A DNA stretch of 64,000 nt from Octopus sinensis (lineage: Eukaryota). Shown here in pieces: positions 25,266 to 38,531 of this stretch (within the stretch, counting starts at the first letter, position 1; each line of letters begins with the position of its first letter). A program made the translations under genes and the position numbers. The stretch is from positions 116,188,001 through 116,252,000 of the forward strand of contig NC_043001.1 of the NCBI RefSeq assembly GCF_006345805.1, written 5' to 3'. The notes under the pieces were generated by a model. The model was not told where the DNA came from and did not search any database. It saw only the letters and a list, made by a program, of their open reading frames with translations.

Positions 25266-25964
25266 ATTAACATCATTGGTGTTTTAACAATTAGTAGTAG
25301 TAATCTAACATGTTACCTGAATATGTCATTAAGATCACCTTTAGAAAATATTTCTTTATAATTTTTACCATTTTTCCCCCTCTCCCCACTAGTTTCCCAT
25401 TCTGTCATTGTTAACCCATTCACTATGTCATTGTTAACAACACGTTGCTGTTGTTGTTGCTGCTGCTGCTGTTGTCATTAAAAAATTCAAAGAACATCTG
25501 AAAGAATTGTGTTTAAAGTGGTTATGCAATCTAATTCTTCTGATTTCTTCTGTTTAGAGAAAGAATTTCAAGACTTTCTTATGAAATGAACACAAATCAC
25601 TGCCTAGACCGTTTTATTATTTTTTTTTACTGTTTTTGTTTGTGTTTTTTCAATGATTTTGTTGTGTCATTGTTCATACAGAGATTACAGTTTATGGAAT
25701 TGGATAATTTTTCATTCGGTTATGGTGGGTGGTGGTGGGGGGAATAAGCCAAAAGACTTAGGTGCCACTTGAGAGTTATGGTTGTCATCATCATTAACTT
25801 AATTATACCTCTGAGAGAGAGCTCTGTAGTTTAATCACAAGGCTGATTAACACATCAAAGTTGAATTTTATATTTATTAAACATGTTAACTTATTAATTA
25901 TTTAGTTATAATAATATAGTGCCAGTAAATGTATAGATATGCAAATGAGTACCCCCCCACCACC

Positions 25965-26200
25965 ACCATCATCATCATCATCATCATCATCTCCTTTAAC
26001 ATCTGTTTTCCATGCTGGCATGGGTTGGACAGTTTGACAAGAGCTGGCAAACCAGACAGCGGCACCATGCTCCAGTCTGATCTGGCTTGGTTTCTATGAG
26101 TGAATGCTTTTCCTAACATCAACCACAGGTGCATTTGCATAGCACTAGCACAGGTGCTGTTACATGGCATCAGCACAGGTGCTTTTTTTATGTGGCACCC
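25965..26200 (-). mobile_element. Family A repeat, diverged
   Basis: (cat)n tail plus ttttccatgctggcatgggttggac. Confidence 0.75.
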
Positions 26201-26360
26201 ACATAAGTGCCTCTTTATGTGTCTCCAACACAATCAGTGCCTATTGCTCATTGCATCCTTTGTAAATATTTCTGAGCTGCTTGATCTTTCTGTAGGACAA
26301 ACATGGGTAGATACTATTGTGTGTGCGAAATTTGTCCCAAGAATCTTGCTTAGAATATAA

Positions 26361-26610
26361 ATCATCATCATCATCATCATCGTTTAGCGTCCGCTTTCCA
26401 TGCAGGCATGGGTTGGATGGTGCAACTGGGGTCTGGGAAGCCAGAAGGCTGCACCAGGCCCAGTCTCATCTGGCAATGTTTCTATGGCTGGATGCCCTTC
26501 CTAACGCCAACCACTCCATGAGTGTAGTGGGTGCTTTTTACGTGCCACCGGCATGGGGGGGGGCAGGCGAGGTTGGCAATGGCCACGATCGATCGAATGG
26601 TGCTTTTTCC
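26361..26610 (-). mobile_element. Family A repeat
   Basis: catcatcgtttagcgtccgctttccatgc...gtgctttttacgtgccaccggc. Confidence 0.88.
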
Positions 26611-26935
26611 GTAACTAAATAAATAAATGAAGAAATAAAGAAAATAAGTGATCCATCAATTGCCAAATGACTGTTGAAAGCGTTTGTTAACAATTGCAGC
26701 TATGTATCATACTTCTCACCCAGTGAAAGTCAACTTGGTTCATCATAATTTCACCTGTATAGGTCAACCTGGTTCAGAAAGAATAAGAGAGAAAGAGAGA
26801 GAGGGGGGAGATGGAGGGTGAGAGAGAGAGGAAAGAAGATGGAAGGAGAGAGAGAGAGAGAAAAGAGGAAGGAAGAGAGGATCTTTTATTGGCTGCTTTT
26901 ACAAAGTCATTTCTTTAAATTGTCATTGTCATCCG

Positions 26936-26936
26936 T

Positions 26937-26986
<50 letters not shown>

Positions 26987-27096
26987 GGTGGTGGTGGTCT
27001 GCATTTCTTGTAGACATAGACTTCAAGATGGTAAGTGTGCACAAAGGAGGTTGACAATTTCAAGATGTATGTGTTGTTATGAAGAGCAAAGAAGCT

Positions 27097-27170
<74 letters not shown>

Positions 27171-27352
27171 TAATAATAAATGATAATAATAATAATAGTA
27201 TAATGATAATAATAATAATATAATATAATAATAACAATGATAATAATAATAATAATAATAATGATAATAATAATAATAAATAATAATAATAACAATGATA
27301 AAATAATAATGATAATAATAATAATGATAATAATAATAATGATAATAATAAT
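26936..27352 (+). repeat. (TAG)n/(TGG)n and long (AAT)n microsatellites
   Basis: Direct reading. Confidence 0.93.
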
Positions 27353-27975
27353 CAGGGTATGAAAGAGAAGTTGTAGGGTATTGTGCAGTGACAGGTAAGA
27401 GATGAGGTGGGAAGGACCACACACCCTCCTTCCTCCCCCCTAATCCAGTTTTCCCCACCCTCCACCATCCTGTTTCTAGATAGTGATTTATGAAGAGTTA
27501 AGGAATGACATGCACAAACAGATGCAACATAATGGGAATAAATGAGATGGTGAAATAGGGGTGGGTGGGGGTGGGGGTTAAGATGGAGATGAGCATGAGT
27601 AAATGATGGTGTTGGTAGTGGTTGTGGTGGTACTGTTTGAGAGAGACAGACAGACAGACAGAGCAGGGTGGTTACAGATAGGCCTGAAAGTGGTGGTGTT
27701 AGTAGTGGTTACAATGGAGGTAGTAATGGTTGAGAGCAAGCGGGGGGTGGGGGAGTAAATATGGCAGACCACCACACTCCACCCCACCCCACCCCCGTGG
27801 TGGAAGTAGTATTAGTGAGGATGGTGAGCTTTAACATGACAGTGGTGGTGGTGGTGGTGGTGGTGGTGGTGGTGGTGGTGGCAGCTTAGGAGAAAGTTAA
27901 ATGACTCAAAAATATTACAGAAGAATGTGGCAAGAAAAGAAAATATATTGTCTCGGAGCAGGAATGACTCAACCA

Positions 27976-28019
<44 letters not shown>

Positions 28020-28207
28020 TGTGTGCACATTCATGTACATGTATATATGTGTACAGAGCATATGCATGTATGTATGTATGTATGTATGTATGTACGTATG
28101 TATGTATGTATGTATGTATGTATGCATGTATGTATGTATTTATGTATGTGTATTGAGTGCATGCATGTATAGATGTGTATACAGCTTATGTGAGTGTGTG
28201 CATATAT

Positions 28208-28248
<41 letters not shown>

Positions 28249-28762
28249 TGTGTCTACGGAGTGTATGTAATATAACCAGCCAGCCAGTTAGCTTGTCAGA
28301 CAAACAGACAGAGACACAAATAGACTGATACGCAGACAGATAGGTAAATAGATGCACAGACAGACAGACAGACAGTATTAGAATTTTAAAAAGATATAAA
28401 CAAAACATATGTCTACATGTACACGTGTGTGTGTGTGAGAGAGAGAGAGAGAAAGAGAGTGAGAGAGTATGAGCATCCATTTATTTGCTCAACTGAACCA
28501 TTGTCATCCCACTCTTTATGTAATCCACAGCATGACACACTATGTCACAAAGCAGGGCCTATAAATTACAAGCACAATTCTGTAGGCTTCCACACAGTTT
28601 CCAACAAGCAATTTCACTTCCAAGGCTTTGAGTTGATCCAAGGCTGTAATAAAAGGCACTTCCCCGAAGAGGCCATGCACTGGGATTGAACCCAGAACCT
28701 CATGGTTGGGCAGTGAACTTCTTCAGCACTTGGCCCATGCTTACATGTTTAATTTATATTAA

Positions 28763-29077
28763 AACTGGCATTTCATCAGTTACGAAGACAAGGGTTCCAA
28801 TTGATCCGATCAATGGAACAGCCTGCTCATGAAATTAACATGCAAGTGGCTGAGCACTCCACAGACACATGTATCCTTAATGTAGTTCTTAGGGAGATTC
28901 AGTGAGACACAGAGTGTGACAAGGCTGGCCCTTTGAAATACAGGTACAATTCATTTTTGCCTGCAGAGTAGGTGGGAGCAATGTGAAATAAAGTGTCTTG
29001 CTCAAGGACACAATGCATCACTGGGAATTGAACTCATGACCTAAGATTGTAAGCAGAATATTCTAACTACTAAACCA
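28763..29077 (-). mobile_element. Family F tRNA-derived SINE with CORE-like segment
   Basis: Minus strand: tRNA-like head (..tagtagttagaat..gagttcaattccc), then gtgtccttgagcaagacactttatttcac (shared with 44596-44845), then a distinct 3' tail. Confidence 0.8.
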
Positions 29078-29153
29078 TACCTATACATACACAAACAGTG
29101 TGTTCATAGATTATCTTCATAACTTACACAATTTATTGTTTTAAATTGTAAAG

Positions 29154-29215
<62 letters not shown>

Positions 29216-29291
29216 CTTTACAATTTAAAACAATAAATTGTGTAAGTTATGAAGATAATCTATGAACACACTGTTTGTGTATGTATAGGTA
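29078..29291. repeat. Perfect palindrome of about 80-bp unique arms centred on (TA)n
   Basis: tacctatacatacacaaacagtgtgttcatagattatc...aaaggtgtg-(TA)n-cacacacacctttac...gtatgtataggta. No substitutions in the unique arms. Confidence 0.93.
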
Positions 29292-30021
29292 GAGAGAGAG
29301 AGAGACAGAGAGACAGAGAGGAGAGAGAAAGAGAGAGAGATATAGATATAGATAGGCATTTTTGTTTTTCACTTCTGGGGTCTGGAAGAAGGAGCAGTTC
29401 CCATGAATTTGTTGACAGGAGAAATGGCAATATCGCTGCTTGTTGCTCAAGGTATTTGAAAAATTGCAAATGTAAACAAAAACCCAAACACATTCGTACA
29501 CATACACATACACATGTGTATGTGTGTATGACAAGGTTCTTCCAGTTTCCATTTACGAAATCCACTTACAAGCCTTTGTTTAGCCATGGGCTATAGTTAA
29601 AGAATTTTCCTCAAGGTGCTATGCATTAGAACTGAATCCAAAACCACACAGTTATGCATATGTGTGTGCATGTGAACACGTGTGTGTGTGTGGGTGGGTG
29701 CGTGCGTGCATGCATGTGTGTGTATGCATGCATGCAACATGCATGACAAAGCTGGATAGTTAATTCTGAAATTGTTTACATATTCTTTTACTTGTTTCAA
29801 TTATTAGACCATGGCCATGCTGGGCACCAAATAATTTTCAGAAGTAATTCTACATATATTCTCTGGCCTTTACGGAGACCAGCAGCAACTTTGACTCCAT
29901 AATGTAAATCCTCTCCACAACAACTTCTTTTAGAATATGAAGAAACATGGAGTTCTAAAGACTTTTTATTTTGCACATCTTACACTACACACACACACAC
30001 ACATGTGCATACGAGCATATA

Positions 30022-31235
30022 TTGGGACATTCCATAAACAATGCAGTTTTTTCAATTGCATGAACTAGAAGTCAGAGGGGGGCAGGATAAACTATCAGCA
30101 TCAACTTGCTATAAAAGCAGGTAGTAATTTTAACCTGTACTTATTCTTATTGCAAGTTTCGAAGAGTGTAGTTTGATTTTAACAGTTATTTTTCCAAAGG
30201 TATAATGGAAGTGACAAAGGAGCATATTCGGCATATTTTGCTTTATGAGTTCAATAAAGGCAACAATGCAGTGGAAAGTGTGAGGAATATTAATGCAGTA
30301 TATGGGGATTCGACAATAAGCATAAGCCAGTGTCAATGGTGGTTCCAGAAATTCCAAGCTGGAAACTACACCCTAGAAGGCAAGCCTCATCTTGGAAGAT
30401 CTGTAGAGCTCAATGAGGACGTCCTGCAAACTCTGGTGGAACAAAATCCCATCACAACTGTTGAGGAACTAGCAGAGAAGCCTGGATTTGGTCATTTAAC
30501 TATTTATTGAAACCTGTGTGCCATTGGAAAAGTCAGTAAATTAGGTCACTGGGTTCCTCACAATCTTTCCATGTCTAATCACATGGAGAGAGAGAGAATG
30601 TGTGCTCTTCTTTGCTGTCATGTCTCATGAATGGCCCTTTTTTCAATTGAATAGTGACTGGTGACAAGAAATGGGTTCTCTATAAAATTGTCAAGTGCCG
30701 AAGACAGGGAAAGGAGAAACACCAGCACCCCAGGCTAAAGATCTTCACCAATGTAAAGTGTTGTTATCTGTTTTGTGGGATATGAAAGGTTTAGTCCATT
30801 TTGAACTTTTAAACCGAAACCAAATAATAACAAATGAAATCTACTGTGAGCAGCTTGAGTGGCTTAAGTCAGTGCTAGAAGAAAAACAACTATCTTTGGT
30901 TTCATGACAAACGATGTTCTTCCATCAATGTTCGGCCAAATACAGTAAGGATGGCATTGCAAAGGCTGGAGCAGTTTGAATGAGAAATGATACACCACCC
31001 ACCATATTCGCTGGACATTGCCCCATTTGATTATCATTTATTCTGCAGTCTTCAAAATCATTTGCATGGAAAAATATAAATTCTCTAGACGAGGTCAGAA
31101 CAGTACTGGAGGAATATTCTTTATCATGGACAAGTGAACTTTGAAGGGATGGGGCTTGCAAGTCTGCCAGATAGATGGAAGAGCATTGTAGAAATTGAAG
31201 GAGAGTATATTTTAGATTAAAAAAGAACTTTATTT
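30022..31235 (+). mobile_element. Decayed mariner transposon (Hsmar1/cecropia-like); 3' TIR missing
   Basis: TA|ttgggacattccataaacaatgc 5' TIR followed by a disrupted transposase. The 3' end is replaced by RTE sequence. Confidence 0.92.
30205..31219 (+). pseudogene. Mariner DD34D transposase pseudogene
   Basis: MEVTKEHIRHILLYEF...QWWFQKF, IGKVSKLGHWVPHNL (WVPHEL motif), IVTGDKKWVLY, KVLLSVLWDMKGLVHFELL and HPPYSLDIAPFDYHLF (YSPDLAPxD motif). Multiple stops and frameshifts. Confidence 0.92.
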
Positions 31236-31239
31236 ATCT

Positions 31240-31690
31240 TAGTCTTGATGCACAGGGGCAATAAACACTGAAGATGTAGAGAAAGCAGATTCCATCACAT
31301 GCCAGGGGAAGAAACTAGAAGTAGTTAATAGCTTCTGCTACCTAGGCGACCAAGTTTGTAGTGGGGGTGGTTGCTCTGAGAGTGTAGTGGCTAGAATAAG
31401 AATAGCCTGGGCAAAGCTCAGAGAGCTCCTACATCTACTGGCAAATAAGGGCTTCTCTCACTCAGGATGAAAGGTAGATTGTATGATGCATGTGTGCAAA
31501 CTGCCATGCTACATAGCAGTGAAACATGGGCCATGACTACTGAGGAAATGCATAGGCTTGAAACAAAATGAAGCTAGTATGATCCACTGGATGTGTAATG
31601 TCAGTGTGCACACATGACAGAGTGTAAGCACCATGAGAGAAAAGTTGGGCATAAAAAGCATCAAATTTGGTGTGCAAGACCTTTGGAGAT
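31240..31690 (+). mobile_element. RTE-clade LINE internal fragment (C-terminal RT region)
   Basis: KLEVVNSFCYLGDQVCSGGGCSESVVARIRIAWAKLRELL...KGRLYDACVQTAMLHSSETWAM...MREKLGIKSI. Its 3' part is homologous to 18640-18710 on the opposite strand. Confidence 0.88.
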
Positions 31691-31747
31691 ATGCACAAAC
31701 TCAAATACATGAAAACATATATATATATATGCATACATATATGCATA

Positions 31748-31783
<36 letters not shown>

Positions 31784-31957
31784 ACACACACACACACATA
31801 CACATGCATAGCATGCACACACACACACATACAGGTGTGTGTGTAATTACTGTGAATTATTGCTTTCTGTTATGTTGCTCTGTTTTTGTAGCTAACTCCA
31901 TACCACCATTGAGCATGATTCAAGGTATAAGACATTAAAACTCTCTCTCTCATTCTA

Positions 31958-32023
<66 letters not shown>

Positions 32024-32390
32024 GTGGTGAAGAGTTTCTTTTGTGCTGCCATTAGTCTTTTTCTTGAAGAAACAAGTTTTTAATTTGTCAATAAATTATC
32101 ATTAGGGTTGTTATGTGGTTTTGTCAAAGACGTTGTAATTAGAGAAAATAACGATGTCATCCACCTATTATATACTACGAGAGTGCAGTTGCTTGAGACA
32201 ATAGGGTAGATAACAACTTCTATATTTGTCATTGATGATTAGTGGCTTGGTGTTGTATGTTTGTCATCAACACCCTTCTATGTACATAGCTTTCAAATAG
32301 TTCTGCCCACTTAGCGGTAAATAAGAGCAGCATAGTAAGAAAACAATCTATCACAAAGCAGTGGCAGCACTAAAACTTGAAGAGTGATTT

Positions 32391-33055
32391 CATCATCATC
32401 ATCATCATCATTTAATGTCCGTTTTCCATGCTAGCATAGGTTGGACGGTTTTGACTGAGGGCTGGCAACCAGATGGCTGCACCAGGCCCCGGTCTTGATC
32501 TGGCAGAGTTTCTACAGCTGAATTCCCTTCCTAACGCCAACCACTCTGGAAGTGTAGTGGGTGCTTTTTTACATGCCACCTGCACGGGGGCCAGACAGGC
32601 AGTACTGGCAATGACCTCGCTCAAATCTTTTTACATGTGCCACCAACACAGGTGCCAGTGAAGCGACGTTGGTAACGATCACGCTCGAATGGTACCCTTT
32701 TACGTGCCACGGGTACAGAAGCCAGTTGGCTGCTCTTGCAACGATCATGCTCGGATGGTGCTCTTGGCACCCTACCAGCACAGGCATGAGTGCCAGTAAG
32801 GCGATGCTGGTAACGATCATACTCGAATAGCCGCTCTGTCAACAATCATACTCGTATGGTGATCTTTGCACCCTGCTAGAACGGATGCCAGTCATCGAAT
32901 TGATTTTGATTTTGATTTTGATTTTGATTTCACTTGCTTCAACAGGTCATCGCAAGCAAAGTTTTGTGACCAAAGAAGGAAAAACTACGCATAAGCGGGC
33001 TGGTTACGCTCCTGGCATAGGCCACCGGTTATGGTTTCATCTGGCTTGCCGGGTC
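32391..33055 (-). mobile_element. Long family A repeat with internal tandem units
   Basis: (cat)n tail plus repeated acgatca(c/t)gctcg(a/g)atggtg units. Confidence 0.85.
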
Positions 33056-33284
33056 ATGTTCATCTTTTATTTTTTACTTGTTTCGGTCATTAGGATGTGG
33101 CCATGCTAGGATACAACCTTGAAGAATATTAGTCAAGTAAATCAACTCCAGTACATTTGTTTGTCATTTGTATGGTGGCGTCTCCATTGGTCCTGACAAC
33201 CTTTCAGTTGTTCAACTGACTGAATTCTTTCTTATATGTGGTATCGCCATGTAAGTGGCTGGATATTCCTCAGACACACATACT

Positions 33285-33533
33285 TTAACCCTTTAGTATT
33301 CAGATCACACTGTTAAATGTAATCCCAATTTGTTCACATTGTTTAGAATTAAGAGTGCATTATCTTGTAGCTTTGAAACTTCATTGATCTGAGTGTATAT
33401 TTCTTTGATCTGAGTGTATATTTTTACAATGATATTGTAGGGTAGGTGTGAGGGGCTGGATTTGGCTGGTTTAAACATGAAACAGTCAGAATATTTTGAC
33501 CAGATGTGGCCAGTTTAAATGCTAAAGAGTTAA
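33285..33533. mobile_element. piggyBac-type MITE, family H, with a short internal tandem duplication
   Basis: TTAA|ccctttagtattcag...gctaaagag|TTAA; ttgatctgagtgtatattt occurs twice. Confidence 0.82.
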
Positions 33534-33594
33534 ATATCCTAATAATTATCAGGCCAGATCCAGATTAGCATGACACAGTATGGACAAGACTGGA

Positions 33595-33733
33595 TTGGAA
33601 TGGTTGGCGTTAGGAAGGGCATCCAGCTGTAGAAACACTGCCAGATCAGATTGGAGTCTGGTGCAGCCTTCTGGTTTCCCAGACCCCAGTTGAACCGTCA
33701 AACCCATGCTAGTTTGGAAAATGGATGTTGAAC

Positions 33734-33777
<44 letters not shown>
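33595..33777 (+). mobile_element. Family A repeat
   Basis: tggttggcgttaggaagggcatccagctgtagaaac...(gat)n. Confidence 0.9.
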
Positions 33778-33814
33778 GAGAAAAAAAGGAATAAAAAAAA
33801 GTGTGTTTGTGCAT

Positions 33815-33865
<51 letters not shown>

Positions 33866-34499
33866 ACAGGAACTTGACATGTACTTTAGGAATAAAAAAT
33901 GAAGCTGGCTTCAGTGGGATTTGAACTCAGTGAACGGAGAGCGTGAACAAATACTGTAAGTCACTCAATCCAGTACTTTAAGCCTTCAACTGCTGTTTGT
34001 ATACTCAGTCTTACAAACATATACGAGTGCAAGCAAGCAAGTGTGCACATGTGTTTGCATGATATATGCAAGCAAGCATGCAGTTAGACGCACAGAGAGT
34101 GACCTTCCCCACAACACAACACTACATATTTATATATACATATTTATATATACATATTTATATATACATATTTATATATATACCCTGGTGTCCACCATAT
34201 AAATGATTCATGTCAATTGTATGTTCTCCCCCCACCCAGCCCAGTCTTCACCATTGCCATTTCCTATGTTAAGCCGGCAGGGTTTCACATTCACAATAGT
34301 AAGAACACCACCACCACCAGCATCATAATGAGGCTTTTACCAAAGAGGAAGGAGAGGAAGGAGAGGGTGTAAGTCATTAGAAGAGTAGGAGGGAGGTGTA
34401 GGTATGAGGTAATGGTTAAAGGCTCTGTCTCATTGTTTATTCAATGAAGCCTGATTGATTTATGGTTATATGTATAGTTAGAGAGTATATTAGGGGACA

Positions 34500-34860
34500 A
34501 GGAGGTGGTAATGGTGGTGGTGGTGGTGGTGGTGGTTGTGGTGGTGGTGGTAATGGTGGTGGTGGTAATGGTGGTGGTGGTAATGGTGGTGGTGGTGGTG
34601 TGGTGGTGGTGGTGGTGCTGGTGGTGATCTGGATTGGGATTTTGGATGCTGGCTGGTGGTTGTGTCAGTGGTTGGGGCTATGATGGTTATGTCAGTGGTT
34701 GAGGTTATGGTAGTGATCATGCGCATAGTGGTGGGTGTGCTGGTGGTGTACTCTTTCATGCATGTCTTCAAATTGTTGTTGTTGTTGTTCATGTCACTGC
34801 AGATGTTGAAGTGGATAGAGTTACTGTTGTTGCTGTTGTTGTTGTTGCTTAATCTCAAGT
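34500..34860 (+). repeat. (GGT)n/(GTT)n microsatellite field
   Basis: Direct reading. Confidence 0.85.
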
Positions 34861-35173
34861 TAGCAATGATCAAAGAGGTTTCACTCTATCCACGACAACA
34901 TTATTTTTCTTTTTTTCGCTTTTTTATCTTTCAGTCATGAAGGAAGGCAATGCCCATGGCCCCTTTACAGAGCCCCCATTCCACTCCTTAACTAGCGGGA
35001 ACGAGGAAGGTATCCTCAAACTGGAAACCTATCCCAAATGTTTGCAGTAAAGCAGACATTGCCAAAGACACCCAGGGTGCCATCTGGTGGTGTTAAATCC
35101 AGTGACAGATAAAGTCTATCACCCAGGAAGGCCATAGTGGGAATTGAACTCAGAACACAACTCTTACAATACT

Positions 35174-35403
35174 TATTTCTTTATTACCCACAAGGGGCTA
35201 AACACAGAGGGGACAAACAAGGACAGACATAGGTATTAAGTCGATTACATCGACCCCAGTGTGTAACTGGTACTTAATTTATCAACCCCAAAAGGATGAA
35301 AGGCAAAGTCGACCTCGGCGGAATTTGAACTCACAACGTAACGCAGACGAAAATACCGCTAAGCATTTCGCCCGACATGCTAACGTTTCTGCCAGCTCGC
35401 CGC
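35174..35403 (-). mobile_element. Family C SINE, full length, with perfect 16-bp TSD
   Basis: TSD caactcttacaatact at 35158-35173 and 35404-35419. CpGs are largely intact, suggesting a young copy. Confidence 0.93.
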
Positions 35404-36103
35404 CAACTCTTACAATACTACAAGGCATTCTACACTGACTGATGCTCTAACATTTTTTTTAATCCACCACCTGGAACTGGTACTTTATTTTTGCATGTTA
35501 TTCCTCATGATGATAATGATGATGATGTCCTACATTCTTCAAGGTTGTGATATGAGGGAAATTTGGTTTTTATTTCTAACAGGTTGAACAAAGCATTTAA
35601 AGGCTCCATAATTTGCTCAGTTGTTCTTGTTTTTTGCTGCAGTAGCAACAGTAGTAGTGGTGGTGGTGATTGTAGTGATGGTAGTAGTAGCAGTAGTAGT
35701 GACAGCAGCAGTAGAAGTCTTAATATTAGTTTTGTCACACTGTAAACCAGGAGAACAACCAATTAAATGTAGTTACCTGTTCTTTGTAAAGACCACAAAC
35801 TCCTTAACAAGGGTCGGAAATATAGTATAACATTGTACTTCTTCACTCCCCTGTCTTGTCTGCTTGCTATGCCATAGTAATCCAATTACTAAACAATTGA
35901 AAACTATTTGTAGTCAGTTGCACCTTTTACTCTGTTAAAAATTAACTGGAAGTACAGTGCCAGAACAAAATTTTTTGTCCCTTTCTATTTTCTTAATAAT
36001 GATTTCAAATTTTGGCAAAAGATCAGCAATTTTATGGGAGTGGGGCTAGTGGAATATATCAGCCCCGCCCCCGGTGCTCAAATGTTTAATAAAAAAATAA
36101 CTT

Positions 36104-36508
36104 AGGCACAGGAGTGTCTGTAGTGGTAAGTAGCTTGCTTACTAACCACATGGTTCCGGGTTCATTCCCACTGCATGGCACCTTGGGCAAGTGTCTTCTA
36201 CTATAACCTCGGGCCGACCAAAGCCTTGTGAGTGGATCTGGTAGACAGAAACTGAAAGAAGCCCGTCATACATATGTATATATATATATATGTGTGTGTT
36301 TGTGTGTCAGTGTTTGTCCCCCAAAATCGCTTGACAACCGATGCTGGTGCCTTTATGTCGCTGTCACTTAGCGGTTCGGCAAAAGAGACCGATAGAATAA
36401 GTACTAGGTTACAAACAATAAGTCCTGGGGTCGATTTGCTCAACTAAAGGCGGTGCTCCAGCATGGCGACAGTCAAATGACTGAAACAAGTAAAAGAGTA
36501 AAGGAGTA
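36104..36508 (+). mobile_element. Family B SINE, full length
   Basis: Aligns by eye along its whole length to 11442-11864. Confidence 0.92.
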
Positions 36509-36544
36509 TTAACATCATCTCCTTCAAAATAGTCACCTTGTGCA

Positions 36545-37535
36545 GCAATACACCTGTATCTATTTTATTGAAACCAAAAGGATGAAGGACAAAGTTGAAT
36601 TTGGCAGCATTAGAAGTCAGAAAGTAAAGAACCAGAAGTAATGCCACTAAGAATTTTGCCTGGCATGGTAATGATTCTGTTAAGCCATCACCTTCATTTT
36701 CTTGATGATAATGACTTTTAATATAAAAACAAAGCTAGCAATTTGAAGGGAAGCTGTTAGCCAATTACATCAACCCTAGTACTTCATTACATCAACCGTA
36801 GTACTTCATTTTAACTTACACTGACCCTGGCAATCGACTAGTATGTTATTTTTCAAACATGGAAGAATGAAATGCCATATTGACTTTGGCGAGATTTGAA
36901 CTCAGGGTCAGCAGTTTTGAGGGAAGAAGGTTAGTTGTATTACTGACCCCCAGGACTTGGCTAGTACTTTATTTTACTGACTTCAAAAGGACAGAAGGCA
37001 AAGTTGACTTTGGCTGGAACTGTACTCAGAAGGTAAAGAACCAAAAGATTTCTACCTCTCCACTGCCAAAAGAATTCTACTAATCCATTGCTCTAATAAT
37101 AATAATAAGGGTTTCTAATTTAGAAAGTAGGCCAGCAGTTTTGAGGGAAATGGGTTCATACCTTCAACTCTAATACTTGATTTGTACTTCATTTCGAGAG
37201 GATAAAAGGCAAAGTTATTCTCAAACAGGATTTGAGCTGAGAATATAAAGTGATGGAACAAACACTGCAAAGTATTTTTTCAGCACTCTGACAATTTTGC
37301 TAACCAACCATTCTAACAACAACAGCAGAATCACCACCACCAACCGCTACCACAACCACCAATAATAATAATAATCCTTTCTATTATAGGCACAAGGCCT
37401 GAAATTTGGGGGAGGGGGATAGTCAATTACATCGACCCCAGTACTCAACTAGTACTTAATTTATCAACCCCAAATGGATGAAAGGCAAAGTCGACCTTGG
37501 CAGAATTTGAACTCAAGAGTGTAGAGACAGACAAC
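36545..37535 (-). mobile_element. Cluster of diverged and partial family C SINEs
   Basis: At least four ggatgaaaggcaaagt(c/t)gac...tttgaactc cores. Confidence 0.7.
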
Positions 37536-37544
37536 AGCATGCTA

Positions 37545-38110
37545 CCAAGCCTTGGTGCAGTACCAGGCAGTGGCTCTCATGGCTTCTGGTCTTAAATGAT
37601 TGAAAGTATTATCATGTCTAGTCTTAGTATAAAAGATGGGCTACATCAAATATTCTGCTCAATACCACAGATTTGCTTGTCAGTTGCTTTGACCATGACC
37701 AGTTAAGCATGTCCCTTAGTGGCTGATGAAATGTGCATCTCTGATCATGTGCAAAGGTAGTGGGGGAGCATCATAGCCATGTGTTCTGAGGGATTCTTTG
37801 GGGGTTCGAATAATTAACCCTTAGAAACATAGGTATTTTGTTCATCATCCTTAAACAAGCCTTATTCAGGCACCTTTTGAGTGAGATGGGCTGCTTGACC
37901 TAAAGAAAATTCTAGCTAGGCTCCCACCTGCAAGGTCATGTGCAGCTTATCTTGATATGAGGTTACCATGTTGTGCACATATGGTTGTGATGCATGTGCC
38001 TAATTTACTCTTATCAGATAGGTAGTCATGGCGGGTATATTGGGTTTCATATATTTGTACCCCAGCATCACTTTGATGGCATGTGCTGCTCTCTCACTCA
38101 ATAATGATGA
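37545..38110 (+). mobile_element. Unclassified interspersed repeat of about 560 bp ending in (AAT)n
   Basis: GC-richer non-coding block with an (AAT)n tail, like a non-LTR retroelement 3' end. Single copy in the window. Confidence 0.4.
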
Positions 38111-38111
38111 T

Positions 38112-38340
38112 AATAATAATAATCCTTTCTACTAAAGGCACAAGGCCTGCAATTCTAGGGAGGGGGACTAGCCGATTATATTGACCCCAGTATGCAACTG
38201 GTATTTAATTTATGAACCCTGAAAGGATGAAAGGCAAAGTCAACCTCAGCAGAATCTGAACTCAGTACGTAAAGATGGGTGAAAAACTGCAAAGCATTTC
38301 GTCCAGCATGCTAACAACTCTGCCAGCTCACTGCCTTAAT
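38112..38340 (-). mobile_element. Family C SINE ((AAT)n-tail variant)
   Basis: Core and head homologous to 35174-35403. Confidence 0.85.
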
Positions 38341-38531
38341 AATAATAATAATAATAATAATCATAATAATAATAATATGATTAACAATAATGATTTCCTT
38401 TCTTTGCCACAGGATGTCCAATGAGGGAAACATTTACAAGGATAGTTTATAATTTGTGTGGGGAAAAGATGGCATAAAAATACAAATGTGTACAAAGTAT
38501 TGGAAAACATGTATGATGCACATTATTTACA

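Noticed and set aside
25317-25338. 22-nt minus-strand microexon candidate (ctaaag|GTGATCTTAATGACATATTCAG|gtaaca)
   Set aside because: Weak pyrimidine tract. It would frameshift a phase-0 intron whose flanking exons already join without a gap.
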